Shown here: positions 19,801-28,985 of the stretch, piece after piece
Position numbering within the stretch: the first letter of the stretch is position 1
Layout: every line of letters begins with the position of its first letter
Assembly (NCBI GenBank): GCA_964416745.1
Contig: CAYQEV010000003.1
Coordinates: 1-56,820 of the forward strand
Length of the DNA: 56,820 nt
Direction: 5' to 3'
Source of the DNA: an uncultured Woeseia sp.
Lineage (GTDB): Bacteria; Pseudomonadota; Gammaproteobacteria; Steroidobacterales; UBA11654
Made by a program: the position numbers and the translations under genes
The notes under the pieces: model-generated
The model's input: only the letters and a program-made list of their open reading frames with translations
What the model was told of the DNA's origin: nothing
Databases searched by the model: none

Positions 19801-21458
19801 TGCCTGGTAGAAAAGTAGATGAAAAAATTGCATCAATAAGACACTCAACACCCGGTGTAGGTTTAATTAGCCCACCACCACATCATGACATTTATTCAAT
19901 TGAGGATTTATCCCAATTAATATTTGATCTTAAGAACGCTAACCCAAAAGCTGAAATAAGTGTCAAATTGGTTGCTGAAATGGGTGTGGGCACAATATCA
20001 GCTGGGGTGGTAAAAGCACATGCAGACCATATTGTTATTTCTGGAGATGTTGGGGGCACAGGGGCCTCACCTCTAACAAGCATTAAACACGCTGGCATGC
20101 CATGGGAGCTAGGCATTGCTGAAGTACACCAGACATTGGTGCTCAATGATCTTAGAAGCAGGGTTACCCTACAAACCGATGGCGGGCTTAAGACTGGCCG
20201 AGATGTTGTAATAGCCGCATTACTTGGTGCGGAAGAATTTGGTTTTTCAACTGCACCCCTTATAACCATGGGTTGCATCATGATGAGAAAGTGTCACATG
20301 AATACATGCCCAGTAGGTATAGCTACACAGGACAAAATACTAAGGGAAAAGTTTGCTGGGCAGCCAGAACATATTATTAATTATTTATTTATGGTGGCCG
20401 AAGAGGCCAGGGAGATCATGGCTGATTTAGGGATTGAGTCAATTGATGAACTAATTGGCCGTGTTGATTTATTAGATGCTGGCAAGGCAGTGAAGCACTG
20501 GAAATCAAAAAAGATAAACTTAGAGGCTTTATTAGTTAATGCTTCAGAGCTTCGTGAAGGTGTGGCAATTAGGAAGACAGTTCCACAAAATCATGGAATT
20601 AAGAATGTTTTAGATCGACAACTCATCAAGGACGCAAAAGAGTCAATAAAAACTAAACAGCAAATTAATTTGCAATACCCGATCACAAATACAAACCGTA
20701 CAACAGGCGCCATGTTGAGTCATAAAGTGGCTAGCTTATGGGGCGAAGACGGCTTACCAAATGACACCATTAAAGTTGATTTCAAAGGATCCGCAGGCCA
20801 AAGTTTTGGGGCTTTTTTATCAAAAGGCATTACCTTTAATTTGCTTGGTGATGCCAATGATTATGTTGGTAAAGGGTTGTCAGGCGGAAAGATAATTGTT
20901 GCTCCTCCAAAGGTGGATGGTTTTGTGGCACAAAAGAATATAATTATTGGCAATGTAGCACTTTATGGTGCTACCTCAGGGTTTGGTTTTTTTAAAGGCA
21001 TTGCAGCAGAAAGGTTTTGTGTAAGAAACAGTGGCGCAAGAGCAGTGGTTGAAGGGGTTGGAGATCATGCTTGTGAATACATGACTGGTGGACGCGTGGT
21101 GGTTCTTGGGTCAACAGGGGTAAACTTTGCTGCAGGAATGTCAGGGGGCATTGCTTATGTTTATGATCCACATAATGAATTTGATCCTAAATGCAACACA
21201 GGCATGGTTGAACTTGAGACAGTAGATGATCAAGAGAGTATTGCTGAGCTTCTTAGAATGGTGGAGCTACATCAGAGATACACTCAATCAGAGGTCGCTT
21301 CATTGCTCCTCGATGATTGGGAAAATAACCTAGAAAAATTTGTCAAAGTTATGCCACAAGATTATAAGCGAGTTATGACAGAGCGACGCGAACATAATGA
21401 GGAAATTGAATCTATTTTTGAGGTCAAAGATAGGAAATCTGAGAGGCCAGGAGTTTAA
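16827..21458 (+). CDS. gltB: Glutamate synthase (NADPH) large subunit
   Basis: 1543 aa. N-terminal amidotransferase Cys in ..FEHDSCGVGF.., FMN/3Fe-4S central domains, and a C-terminal GXGXG beta-helix region. Confidence 0.97.
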   Translation: MSFRPKLKVGLYDAQFEHDSCGVGFVADIKGIESRQIVKDALTILCNMDHRGARGAEANTGDGAGIITGIPHQFFKNIASDLFDRVVLKKDTYAVGNIFLPKDKKEQSYCRDYFKKICQQNDLKLLGWRQVPFDIEGSNIGPSAIQAMPIIEQVFIQNTINIDDQESFERRLYLARKKASNDLRNDEALKGSSLFYINSLSSKTIVYKGMLTCNQLAAFYLDLSAEEFESHLAMVHSRFSTNTFPSWDRAMPNRMMSHNGEINTIKGNINWMRAREGNIESDIYGEKIKELFPVIEKDCSDSGNFDNVLEFLTMTGRSLEESVLMMVPEAWQNKKTLSKDRKAYYAFTSNLMEPWDGPASITFTNGDVVGAVLDRNGLRPSRYYITKDNKVIMASEVGVLPISDDNILIKGRLAPGKIFLIDFKKGQVLSDDEVKEPLINAKPYREWLHDNRLIFRKIKQSRSDPSFSLEELTRRMRAFGYTSETLEFMLLPMVHDLRDPLGSMGNDSALAVLSDKQRMLYDYFKQLFAQVSNPAIDSIREKIIMSLECYIGPEKNILNPGEGHAHRLLVDHPILTSTALYALKHLDHEGHKSKVIDITFNISDSSTEDLKTAVNRVCQQAEEAVDNGVGFLVLSDRSVNHEFAAISSLMACGAVHHHLTKVAKRTKTAIIIETAEAREVHHFCLLFGYGADAINPYLAYETLIHAKDEGLIKHAHHRRGKENRILLDSNEEVIDAYRQAVIKGVLKVMGKMGISTLQSYKGAQIFEALGLAQEVIDLCFAGTTNRIEGADFALLEKEVKQRHSLGWPQDTNSNIDNLPNPGEFHWRSQGEKKAWDPETVWSLQYAARKNDKNAYQQFASNANRTAEESLSLRGLLGFNTSKNKNIDIKNVEPASQIIQRFCTGAMSFGSISSEAHETLAIAMNRIGGRSNSGEGGEDPERFKPMKNGDSKSSAIKQIASGRFGVTANYIANAKQLQIKIAQGAKPGEGGELPGRKVDEKIASIRHSTPGVGLISPPPHHDIYSIEDLSQLIFDLKNANPKAEISVKLVAEMGVGTISAGVVKAHADHIVISGDVGGTGASPLTSIKHAGMPWELGIAEVHQTLVLNDLRSRVTLQTDGGLKTGRDVVIAALLGAEEFGFSTAPLITMGCIMMRKCHMNTCPVGIATQDKILREKFAGQPEHIINYLFMVAEEAREIMADLGIESIDELIGRVDLLDAGKAVKHWKSKKINLEALLVNASELREGVAIRKTVPQNHGIKNVLDRQLIKDAKESIKTKQQINLQYPITNTNRTTGAMLSHKVASLWGEDGLPNDTIKVDFKGSAGQSFGAFLSKGITFNLLGDANDYVGKGLSGGKIIVAPPKVDGFVAQKNIIIGNVALYGATSGFGFFKGIAAERFCVRNSGARAVVEGVGDHACEYMTGGRVVVLGSTGVNFAAGMSGGIAYVYDPHNEFDPKCNTGMVELETVDDQESIAELLRMVELHQRYTQSEVASLLLDDWENNLEKFVKVMPQDYKRVMTERREHNEEIESIFEVKDRKSERPGV

Positions 21459-21459
21459 G

Positions 21460-22956
21460 ATGGGCAAACCAACAGGTTTTATGGAATACCCTAGGCGGAA
21501 AACACCTTGGCGCGACACTAAGGAAAGGCTGCTTGATTATTATGAAATATATACCCCCGCTAAAGACCATGATTTAAAAACCCAAGGCGCACGATGCATG
21601 AACTGTGGTGTACCTTTTTGTGAGTCTGAACACGGCTGTCCTATTGATAACCTTATCCCAGAATGGAATGATTTAGTTTACAAAGATAGATGGAGTGACG
21701 CATATGACAGGCTCATTAAGACAAATAATTTTCCAGAATTCACAGGACGAGTTTGTCCAGCACCGTGTGAAGGAGCTTGTGTTTTAGGTATTAATGAGCC
21801 AGCAGTTACAATTAAAGATATCGAAAATTCCATAATTGATAGAGCTTTTGAAGAAGGTTGGGTTAGGTCAAAACAAGCAACAAAAAGAACCAATAAAAAA
21901 GTCGCAATTATAGGGTCTGGACCAGCAGGGCTTACAGCTGCAGATCAGTTAAACCAAGCCGGCCATTCGGTCACTGTTTTTGAGCGCGAGGACAGGATTG
22001 GGGGATTGTTAATGTATGGCATACCTAATATGAAGCTTTCTAAAAGCTTGGTAAACCGTCGTCTTCAATTGCTTGAGGACTCTGGCATAGAATTTAAAGT
22101 TAATACAAATGTTGGAGTCAACCTGGACCCCCAATTACTAATGGATGATTTTGATGCAACCCTAATTGCTACTGGCTCTACAATACCTAGGGATATTGAA
22201 ATCCCTGGTAGAGATGGACAGAACGTTCATTTTGCAATGGATTTTCTCACCCAGCATACAAAAAGCTTGCTCAATACTTCATTAACAGATGGTAATTACA
22301 TAAACGCAAAAGATAAAAATGTGATTGTTATAGGTGGTGGCGATACCGGTACAGATTGTATAGCCACAGCCATAAGACAAGGTTGTAGTAGCCTAATTAA
22401 TATGGAGATAATGCCTAAACCGCCGGTAGATAGAGACCCCAATAACCCTTGGCCATTATGGCCTCATATTTATAGAACCGACTATGGTCACGAAGAGTCT
22501 CAAGAGAGATTTGGCAAGGACCCAAGAGAGTTCTCACTGCTGAGTAAAGAGTTTATTGTTGATAAGCACAATAAATTGACAGGACTTAAGACAATTAATT
22601 TAGATTGGGAGGAATCACCTGAAGGACAAAAAAGTATGAAAGAAGTAAAAGGCACTGAACAAATATGGGAAGCTGACCTTATATTTTTAGCTATGGGATT
22701 TGTGGGTCCGGAACAATATCTCTTAGATAAGATGAAGGTTAAATTAAATGATAAAAATAATATTCATGCAGATTATGGAAAGTTTACAACCAGCATCAAA
22801 GGCGTTTTTGCTAGTGGTGATTGTCGACGAGGACAATCATTGGTTGTTTGGGCAATGAATGAAGGCAGAGGTGCTGCTTTAGCAATTGATCGGTTTTTAG
22901 AAGGTCAAAGCACATTATCAGCCCCGATGTTAAAACTGGGTTCTCTAAGAAGTTAA
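21460..22956 (+). CDS. gltD: Glutamate synthase (NADPH) small subunit
   Basis: The track ORF begins at 21397 inside gltB. The ATG at 21460, 1 nt after the gltB stop, gives [12 protein letters not shown].., the canonical GltD N-terminus. Cys clusters CMNCGVPFC and CPAPCEGAC; Rossmann [12 protein letters not shown]. Confidence 0.95.
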   Translation: MGKPTGFMEYPRRKTPWRDTKERLLDYYEIYTPAKDHDLKTQGARCMNCGVPFCESEHGCPIDNLIPEWNDLVYKDRWSDAYDRLIKTNNFPEFTGRVCPAPCEGACVLGINEPAVTIKDIENSIIDRAFEEGWVRSKQATKRTNKKVAIIGSGPAGLTAADQLNQAGHSVTVFEREDRIGGLLMYGIPNMKLSKSLVNRRLQLLEDSGIEFKVNTNVGVNLDPQLLMDDFDATLIATGSTIPRDIEIPGRDGQNVHFAMDFLTQHTKSLLNTSLTDGNYINAKDKNVIVIGGGDTGTDCIATAIRQGCSSLINMEIMPKPPVDRDPNNPWPLWPHIYRTDYGHEESQERFGKDPREFSLLSKEFIVDKHNKLTGLKTINLDWEESPEGQKSMKEVKGTEQIWEADLIFLAMGFVGPEQYLLDKMKVKLNDKNNIHADYGKFTTSIKGVFASGDCRRGQSLVVWAMNEGRGAALAIDRFLEGQSTLSAPMLKLGSLRS

Positions 22957-23059
22957 AAGCTCAATAATGAAATGGTTGCTTTTAGTTATAGTGTAAAATC
23001 AGGTTATATAAATTGAATTATTTATTTTATGTATATGTATATTTTTTAGGAGAATTAGG

Positions 23060-23515
23060 ATGAAAAAAATTATTCTGGCCACAGTGATTGGGGTCTTCAT
23101 GTCTGTGACAACTATGTCTAATGACCATGAAGAAAGTACAGTGGTGATACCTGCAAAAATTAGTAAAGAGGATGCTACCGGTGCTATTTATAACCGTCCG
23201 GATATGGTAGAGGAGACTAATAATGGAAATACCACTCTAGACGTAATGACCATGCTTAGTAGTGATGGAAGGTTTGGTACTGGAATGTATCAGTCTGGAA
23301 AAGCTCATTATGATATTACCGAACCTTACGGTGTCGATGAGTTCTTTTACATCCTTGAAGGAAGTATCACTCTAACCTCTGCAGATGGAACTGTGCAAAC
23401 AATGAATGCAGGTGAAGCAGTTAGCATTCCCAAAGAGTGGACAGGCGTATGGGATACCGATGGCTATAGCAAAGTATGGGTCATATATACAGAAGATGGT
23501 TCTGCTCTAAAATAA
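23060..23515 (+). CDS. Secreted small cupin (cupin_3/DUF861-like) protein
   Basis: 151 aa. N-terminal signal-like MKKIILATVIGVFMSVTTMS. Cupin core DEFFYILEGSITLTSADGTVQTMNAGEAVSIPKEWTGVW. RBS AGGAGAA upstream. Confidence 0.75.
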   Translation: MKKIILATVIGVFMSVTTMSNDHEESTVVIPAKISKEDATGAIYNRPDMVEETNNGNTTLDVMTMLSSDGRFGTGMYQSGKAHYDITEPYGVDEFFYILEGSITLTSADGTVQTMNAGEAVSIPKEWTGVWDTDGYSKVWVIYTEDGSALK

Positions 23516-23527
23516 AAAAGTTTGAAT

Positions 23528-24220
23528 TTAAGTTAATTGGTAAGAATAGTTAAATATTTTGTGTCCCAGTTTAATGCCCCTTTTTTCAAACTTTGTTTTG
23601 AGGTTTCTTGATTCACTTTTAATTTCTTTAAACTGATTGCTTTCTTTAAAGGTAAGCTCAATCTGTTGAGCGTAATCTTCCCAATCAGTGGAAATATTAA
23701 TAATGCCTTTATTTATAAGAGATTTAGACAACAGAGCCAAAAACCTTTTATTGATTAATCTTCGTTTATGATGTCTTTTTTTTGGCCAAGGGTCAGGAAA
23801 GAGTATGTTAATTTTTTCAACGCTTTTTTTGGTAATGAATTGTTCAAACACCTCGACCGCATCACCATAAATCAAGCGTATATTTTTAATCTTATGTTTA
23901 TTAATTTCATTTAAGCATTGCCCAAGACCTGAGTCATACACCTCTATCCCAATGAAATTCTTATTAGGGTTTTTTAAAGCGGATTCAATTAATACTGTTC
24001 CATCTCCAAACCCTATTTCTATAACTACACCATGCTGTTTTGAATCGAAGCAACTTTTTAGGTTTGTACTGGTATTGTTGGTATCAAGAAGATATTTTGA
24101 AGAATGATCTTGAAGAGCATTTTTTTGTGATTGTGTTAATCGCCCTGATCTTCTAACAAAGCTCTTGACGGATTTTATTTTATGCTTCCTCGAGTTTTGC
24201 ACGGAGTTCTTTGATGGCAT
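23528..24220 (-). CDS. trmB: tRNA (guanine46-N7)-methyltransferase
   Basis: TrmB N-terminal motif SFVRRSGRLT, SAM motif IEIGFGDG, FPDPWPKKRHHKRR. The track start (TTG 24247) and the ATG at 24220 both lie inside the rpoH 3' end. I chose the ATG; the start is uncertain. Confidence 0.88.
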   Translation of the reverse strand: MPSKNSVQNSRKHKIKSVKSFVRRSGRLTQSQKNALQDHSSKYLLDTNNTSTNLKSCFDSKQHGVVIEIGFGDGTVLIESALKNPNKNFIGIEVYDSGLGQCLNEINKHKIKNIRLIYGDAVEVFEQFITKKSVEKINILFPDPWPKKRHHKRRLINKRFLALLSKSLINKGIINISTDWEDYAQQIELTFKESNQFKEIKSESRNLKTKFEKRGIKLGHKIFNYSYQLT

Positions 24221-25043
24221 TATCTTCAATTTGCCTGATCCGCTCAATAGAGACTTTATACTGTTTAGCTAGTTTTTTAAGGGTTACTTTTTTATCAGTC
24301 AGCCAACGTTGTGTAAGTATTTCTTTGCTTCTATGGTCAAGAGACTGGAGCGCTTTGGTAAGCTCTTCTGTTTTTCCTTCAAGCCAGTTGTCTTTTTCTG
24401 CAATTTGTGAAGGATCAGGATCTGGTGATGGTAAGAATCCGGCGGGAGACACATAATCTTCTTCTGGATCTGAGCTTCCAACATCATACGACATATCAAC
24501 CGACGCAAACCTTTGTTCCATTGTTGCCACATCTTTTGATCTAACACCAAGATCTTGAGCAATCAATTCTTTTTCATCATTGGTGAGCCATCCAAGCTTT
24601 TTTTTGTTGCTTCTTAACTTAAAAAAAAGTTTTCTTTGAGCTTTTGTTGTGGCTACTTTTACTATTTTCCAATTATTAAATACAAACTCATGGATTTCTG
24701 ATCTAATCCAATGAACTGCATAAGTGACCAGTCTTACGCCTTTATCAGGATTAAATTTTTTTACAGCCTTCATCAGACCAATATTACCTTCTTGTATTAA
24801 GTCAGCCAGCGGAAGGCCATAACCGTTATATGTTCTTGCTATATGAACAACAAAGCGTAGTTGAGACATAATGAGTTGTCTTGCAGCATCAAGATCATTA
24901 TCATTTTTGTAACGGTATGCTAACTCTCTTTCTTCTTCTCTAGAGAGGACAGGGGATTGATTTACAATATTAATATAAGCATCTAGGCTGCCCATTGGGC
25001 CCATTAATGCTAATTCATTTTTTAATACCAATTCGTTTGCCAT
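24180..25043 (-). CDS. rpoH: RNA polymerase sigma-32 (heat shock sigma factor)
   Basis: 287 aa. RpoH box QRKLFFKLR, regions 2 and 4 collinear with E. coli RpoH. Confidence 0.96.
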   Translation of the reverse strand: MANELVLKNELALMGPMGSLDAYINIVNQSPVLSREEERELAYRYKNDNDLDAARQLIMSQLRFVVHIARTYNGYGLPLADLIQEGNIGLMKAVKKFNPDKGVRLVTYAVHWIRSEIHEFVFNNWKIVKVATTKAQRKLFFKLRSNKKKLGWLTNDEKELIAQDLGVRSKDVATMEQRFASVDMSYDVGSSDPEEDYVSPAGFLPSPDPDPSQIAEKDNWLEGKTEELTKALQSLDHRSKEILTQRWLTDKKVTLKKLAKQYKVSIERIRQIEDNAIKELRAKLEEA

Positions 25044-25067
25044 AATTTTTCCTATTCGGCCAATAAT

Positions 25068-25096
25068 TTTAGCACTCTAACAGCAAGAGTGCTAAA
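25068..25096 (-). promoter_or_regulatory. Perfect 11-bp inverted repeat (TTTAGCACTCT-N7-AGAGTGCTAAA) in the rpoH leader; hairpin or operator
   Basis: Arms 25068-25078 and 25086-25096, read directly. It lies 25-53 nt upstream of the rpoH ATG (25043) and downstream of the candidate promoter. Confidence 0.5.
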
Positions 25097-25106
25097 TATT
25101 AGACAT

Positions 25107-25134
25107 ATAATATTTAAAAATCTATATATATCAA
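25107..25134 (-). promoter_or_regulatory. Candidate sigma-70 promoter for rpoH (TTGATA-16 nt-TATTAT)
   Basis: On the minus strand, -35 TTGATA is at 25134-25129 and -10 TATTAT at 25112-25107, with a 16-nt spacer. The AT-rich background makes false positives likely. Confidence 0.3.
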
Positions 25135-25211
25135 TAGATTAAATGATTATTTATGTTTAAAATTAACAATATATTTACATGAAATTTGCGCAAAAATCAT
25201 AGAAGAACCTT

Positions 25212-25778
25212 ATGTCATCCAGTAAAGAAGTTCGAATTATTAGCGGGCACTACAAAGGTAGAAAACTAGCAATTAAGGATTCAGCTGTTAAACCTACACC
25301 AGATAGGGTTAGAGAAACATTGTTTAGTTGGTTAGAGCCCATTATCCAGGATTCCAATATCTTAGATCTTTTTGCTGGCTCAGGAGTCCTTGGTATTGAG
25401 GCACTATCCAGAGGCGGCAAACACTTAACCCTAATTGATAGCTCAAATAATGTTCATCGAAGACTTCAGCAACAAATAGAAAGCATAGGAATTTGTGATT
25501 ACATCAATTTATGTATGGACTCACTCAAGTTTGTTAGCAGTAAAAATAAAAAAGATTCTTTTGATATTATTTTTGTTGATCCTCCATATGGGGCTTACGA
25601 TCTTATGGAGCTTATAGCTCTCTTATATGAGAATGGTTGGGCCTCTAAAACAACATGGGTTTATTACGAAACAAACAAACCCATAACCACAGAAGACCAT
25701 TTTGGTTACTATATTTATAAAGAATCTAGAGCAGGTAAAGTATACTATGGCCTTATTAGGCAGCTTGACAGCGAATAA
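25212..25778 (+). CDS. rsmD: 16S rRNA (guanine966-N2)-methyltransferase
   Basis: 188 aa. RVRETLFSWL, SAM motif LDLFAGSGVLGIEALSRG, catalytic FVDPPY. Confidence 0.88.
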   Translation: MSSSKEVRIISGHYKGRKLAIKDSAVKPTPDRVRETLFSWLEPIIQDSNILDLFAGSGVLGIEALSRGGKHLTLIDSSNNVHRRLQQQIESIGICDYINLCMDSLKFVSSKNKKDSFDIIFVDPPYGAYDLMELIALLYENGWASKTTWVYYETNKPITTEDHFGYYIYKESRAGKVYYGLIRQLDSE

Positions 25779-25792
25779 TTTATGGAGTTGAT

Positions 25793-26269
25793 ATGATTGC
25801 ATTGTACCCAGGGACATTTGATCCGATCACAAACGGACATTTTGAAATCATAAGGAGAGCCTCAACATTGTTTGGGGACCTTGTTGTTGGGGTAGCAAAG
25901 AGCCCTGAAAAAAACCCATTATTTACAATTGATCAAAGACTAGAAATGGTTAATGAGGTCCTTAATAACTTTAATAATATTGAAGTTAAAGCATATGATG
26001 GCCTGACTATAAACTTTGCAAAATCAATTGAAGCAAGAGTTATTGTAAGGGGTTTACGATCACCTGCAGACGGCCAGTATGAATTTGAGTTAGCCAGCAT
26101 GAACAAAAGACTCGCAGATGATATTGAAACTGTATTTTTAAGCAGCGGCGATCAAAATGCTTTTATCTCATCATCGTTGATTCGACAGATAGCACAAGAA
26201 GGTGGCAATATATCTGATTTTGTTCATCCAGCCGTTCAAAACGCTTTAGCAGAAGCTTATAAAAAATAA
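25793..26269 (+). CDS. coaD: Phosphopantetheine adenylyltransferase
   Basis: 158 aa. N-terminal YPGTFDPITNGH nucleotidyltransferase motif and ..ISSSLIRQIA... Confidence 0.94.
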   Translation: MIALYPGTFDPITNGHFEIIRRASTLFGDLVVGVAKSPEKNPLFTIDQRLEMVNEVLNNFNNIEVKAYDGLTINFAKSIEARVIVRGLRSPADGQYEFELASMNKRLADDIETVFLSSGDQNAFISSSLIRQIAQEGGNISDFVHPAVQNALAEAYKK

Positions 26270-27972
26270 TGCTTAGTTTGTTCAGCAAAGCATTATTGCG
26301 AACATTGGTTTGTCTTTCACTGATCAACATCCCGATTGCTTTTAGTGAATCAATTAATCCACAACAACCCGGGATAGCTTCTGCTCATCCATTAGCAACT
26401 AAAGCAGGTTATAGAATTTTAGAACAAGGAGGTAACGCTTTTGATGCTGCTGTTGCTGTTAGTGCCGTCCTCTCTGTGGTAGAGCCATATAGTTCTGGAC
26501 TTGGTGGCGGTGGATTTTTTCTCATGTATCGAAATAGTGATGAGCTCTCAACTTTCATAGACGCCAGAGAGGTTGCCCCACTTGATTCTTACTCAGAAAT
26601 GTATTTGGATGAGAGTCAAAATGTTATACCTAGAGTGTCCTTAGACGGCCCATTGGCTGCTGGTATTCCAGGCTTACCTGCTGCACTTGTCTATGTTTCA
26701 GAAAATTATGGAACACTCCCATTAAATGTAGTTTTGAGACCAGCAATTGAGCTTGCCGAACAAGGTTTCCCGGTTTATGAAAGATTGTTGGTTGCTTTAA
26801 GGGTTGCCCAGATAGTTGATGTGATGTCCCCCAAGTTTAAGGAGATCTTTTTACCGAACAATAAACTGCCAGATGTTGGTTATGTGATTAAACAAAAAGA
26901 GCTCGCCTCCACACTAAACACTATCGCTGAACAGGGTCATCAAGGGTTCTATGACAGCAAGCTTACCGAGACCATCATCAATGAAACTAACAAAGATGGA
27001 TCTATTTGGTCTTTAGAAGATTTTCAAGATTACCAGGTTGTGGAGCGTTCACCAATTAAAATAGATTTTAATGAATTCAAACTAACTCTTGCGCCACCTC
27101 CATCATCTGGTGGAACCACCATAGCTACCATTTTAAATATTCTTCAACAATACGACTATAAGCAATTAGAAGAAGCCGATCTAGTTCATTTAATAGTTGA
27201 GGCTATGCGACGAGCATATCAAGATCGGGCAGCATACCTCGGCGATCCTGATTTTGTTGATGTACCAATTAATAAGTTGATTGGACTAGATCATGCAGTT
27301 AAACACACAGAAACCATCGATTTAACTCAAGCTACTCCTATCCATCTTGAAGATAATATAGCGGTTGCTTTAAATGTTAATAAAGGCACAGAAACAACCC
27401 ATTATTCAATTATAGATAACCAAGGCAACCGAGTTGCCACAACTCAAACAATTAATACTTGGTTTGGTTCGGGCTATATGGTCCCTTCGGCTGGGTTTAT
27501 ATTAAACAATGAAATGGATGATTTTTCTGCTAAGCCTTTTGCACCAAATCGATATGGTCTAGTTCATGGTGAAGCAAACTCAATTGAACCTAAAAAAAGA
27601 ATGCTGTCTAGTATGACACCAACTTTTATTGAGTCTGATAAGGGTATAGCTATTTTAGGAACTCCTGGAGGAGCCAAAATTATTACCATGGTTCTTCTGT
27701 CTATTTTAAATTGGACGAATGGCGGGTCAGCCGATGAAATGACATCATTAAGTCGTTTCCATCATCAATACTTACCAGATGTAATTCAACATGAGGGAGA
27801 CACATTTAGTAAAGATATGGTTAAAAAGCTTCAGTCCAAGGGACATAAGCTGACAGAAATTGCAGAGTATGGAAACATGCAAATTGTCACAATGCAAAAA
27901 TCAAATGGCAAAGTTGATACCTCTTCTGACCCTAGAGCGCTAATTGATGACGATGAAGTTGATTACTATTAA
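26269..27972 (+). CDS. ggt: Gamma-glutamyltransferase (secreted)
   Basis: 567 aa. Signal-like N-terminus, autoprocessing/catalytic Thr context GTETTHYSIIDNQGN, GGFILNNEMDDF. The ATG overlaps the coaD TAA by 1 nt. Confidence 0.92.
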   Translation: MLSLFSKALLRTLVCLSLINIPIAFSESINPQQPGIASAHPLATKAGYRILEQGGNAFDAAVAVSAVLSVVEPYSSGLGGGGFFLMYRNSDELSTFIDAREVAPLDSYSEMYLDESQNVIPRVSLDGPLAAGIPGLPAALVYVSENYGTLPLNVVLRPAIELAEQGFPVYERLLVALRVAQIVDVMSPKFKEIFLPNNKLPDVGYVIKQKELASTLNTIAEQGHQGFYDSKLTETIINETNKDGSIWSLEDFQDYQVVERSPIKIDFNEFKLTLAPPPSSGGTTIATILNILQQYDYKQLEEADLVHLIVEAMRRAYQDRAAYLGDPDFVDVPINKLIGLDHAVKHTETIDLTQATPIHLEDNIAVALNVNKGTETTHYSIIDNQGNRVATTQTINTWFGSGYMVPSAGFILNNEMDDFSAKPFAPNRYGLVHGEANSIEPKKRMLSSMTPTFIESDKGIAILGTPGGAKIITMVLLSILNWTNGGSADEMTSLSRFHHQYLPDVIQHEGDTFSKDMVKKLQSKGHKLTEIAEYGNMQIVTMQKSNGKVDTSSDPRALIDDDEVDYY

Positions 27973-28794
27973 TTAATGCTGACAGTTAGAACAATAAAAA
28001 GAACTTCTGCCACTAAGCTGGACTGATTTTATTGGTTGCTTACATTTAGAGCATTCTAAATCCTCTCTACCATAAACAAGGAGCTTCTGTTTAAAGTAAC
28101 CAACCTTCTCTCCAGCATGAGAGTAAGTAAAGTCTCTTAGTGTTGTTCCTCCCATGTTAATTGATTGTTCAAGAGTGTTTTTTATTGAAGTTGCTAATTG
28201 AAGGTATCTGTTCTTACTAATATTATTTGCTCTTCTTTTGGGATGGATGCCACTAATAAACAGAGATTCACTGGCATAAATATTTCCAACACCAACAACA
28301 ACATTAGCATTCATTATAAAAGCCTTAACCGATGTCTTGCGACCTTTGCTTAATTCATACAAATGCAAACCTAGTGCATCATTGTTAAGAGGTTCTGGCC
28401 CAAGGTGTTTTAAGAGCTTATGTTTTTCAGGATTTTTTCCTGCCCAGATAAACGAACCAAATCTCCTTGGGTCATTAAATCTAATAATTATTTTGTTATC
28501 TAAGACCAAATCAAAATGATCATGTTTTTTTACTGGCCTATCATTCTTTAGTATTCCAATACTGCCCGACATTCCCAAATGAATTAAAGCGGTTCCACAT
28601 TCGGTATTAATTAAAATATATTTACCCCTTCTTGTTAGGCTTAATATATCTTGATTAATTAAACGTCTAAGTTGGCTGGAATTGATAGGCCATCTTAAGC
28701 GCCTTTCTCTGATATCAATACGTTTTATTTGCCGACCTTGAAGATGGTTTGCTAGCGACTTTTTGGTTACTTCAACCTCTGGTAGTTCAGGCAT
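27973..28794 (-). CDS. mutM: Formamidopyrimidine-DNA glycosylase
   Basis: 273 aa. N-terminal MPELPEVE, C-terminal zinc finger CSKCKQPI..GRSSFYCSNCQ. Its stop abuts the ggt stop with 0 nt between. Confidence 0.95.
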   Translation of the reverse strand: MPELPEVEVTKKSLANHLQGRQIKRIDIRERRLRWPINSSQLRRLINQDILSLTRRGKYILINTECGTALIHLGMSGSIGILKNDRPVKKHDHFDLVLDNKIIIRFNDPRRFGSFIWAGKNPEKHKLLKHLGPEPLNNDALGLHLYELSKGRKTSVKAFIMNANVVVGVGNIYASESLFISGIHPKRRANNISKNRYLQLATSIKNTLEQSINMGGTTLRDFTYSHAGEKVGYFKQKLLVYGREDLECSKCKQPIKSVQLSGRSSFYCSNCQH

Positions 28795-28829
28795 AATGAA
28801 ATAATGCCTTTAGGCAATTCGGAATGAAA

Positions 28830-28985
28830 TTATTTAATTTTAGATTCTTTATAGAGAACATGTTTCCTAATCTTAGGATCAAATTTTTTAGTCTCCATTT
28901 TATCAGGGTGTTCCTTCTTATTTTTAGTGGTCGTATAGTAATGACCAGTCTTAGCAGTTGACACAAGTTTTATTTTTTCACGCAT
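28830..28985 (-). CDS. rpmG: 50S ribosomal protein L33
   Basis: Not in the ORF track (51 aa). My translation is [51 protein letters not shown]. It starts immediately after the rpmB stop. Confidence 0.92.
   Translation of the reverse strand: MREKIKLVSTAKTGHYYTTTKNKKEHPDKMETKKFDPKIRKHVLYKESKIK

Noticed and set aside
19892-20281. Antisense ORFs inside long genes
   Set aside because: Examples are 129 aa in gltB, 135 aa at 10698-11105 in acs, 126 aa at 46977-47357 in the MFS gene, 115-122 aa at 48761-49673, and the Gly-rich 51151-51354 opposite the polyproline tract. All lie opposite well-supported coding frames and have skewed, low-complexity composition. These are typical shadow ORFs.
21397-21459. 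N-terminal extension of gltD into gltB
   Set aside because: The canonical GltD N-terminus [12 protein letters not shown] starts at ATG 21460, 1 nt after the gltB stop. The extension has no homology-like features.
25044-25211. Absence of ftsYEX between rsmD and rpoH, the E. coli arrangement as I remember it
   Set aside because: Gene-order differences of this kind are common between gammaproteobacterial orders. ftsYEX is presumably elsewhere. This is not evidence of anything unusual without comparative data.
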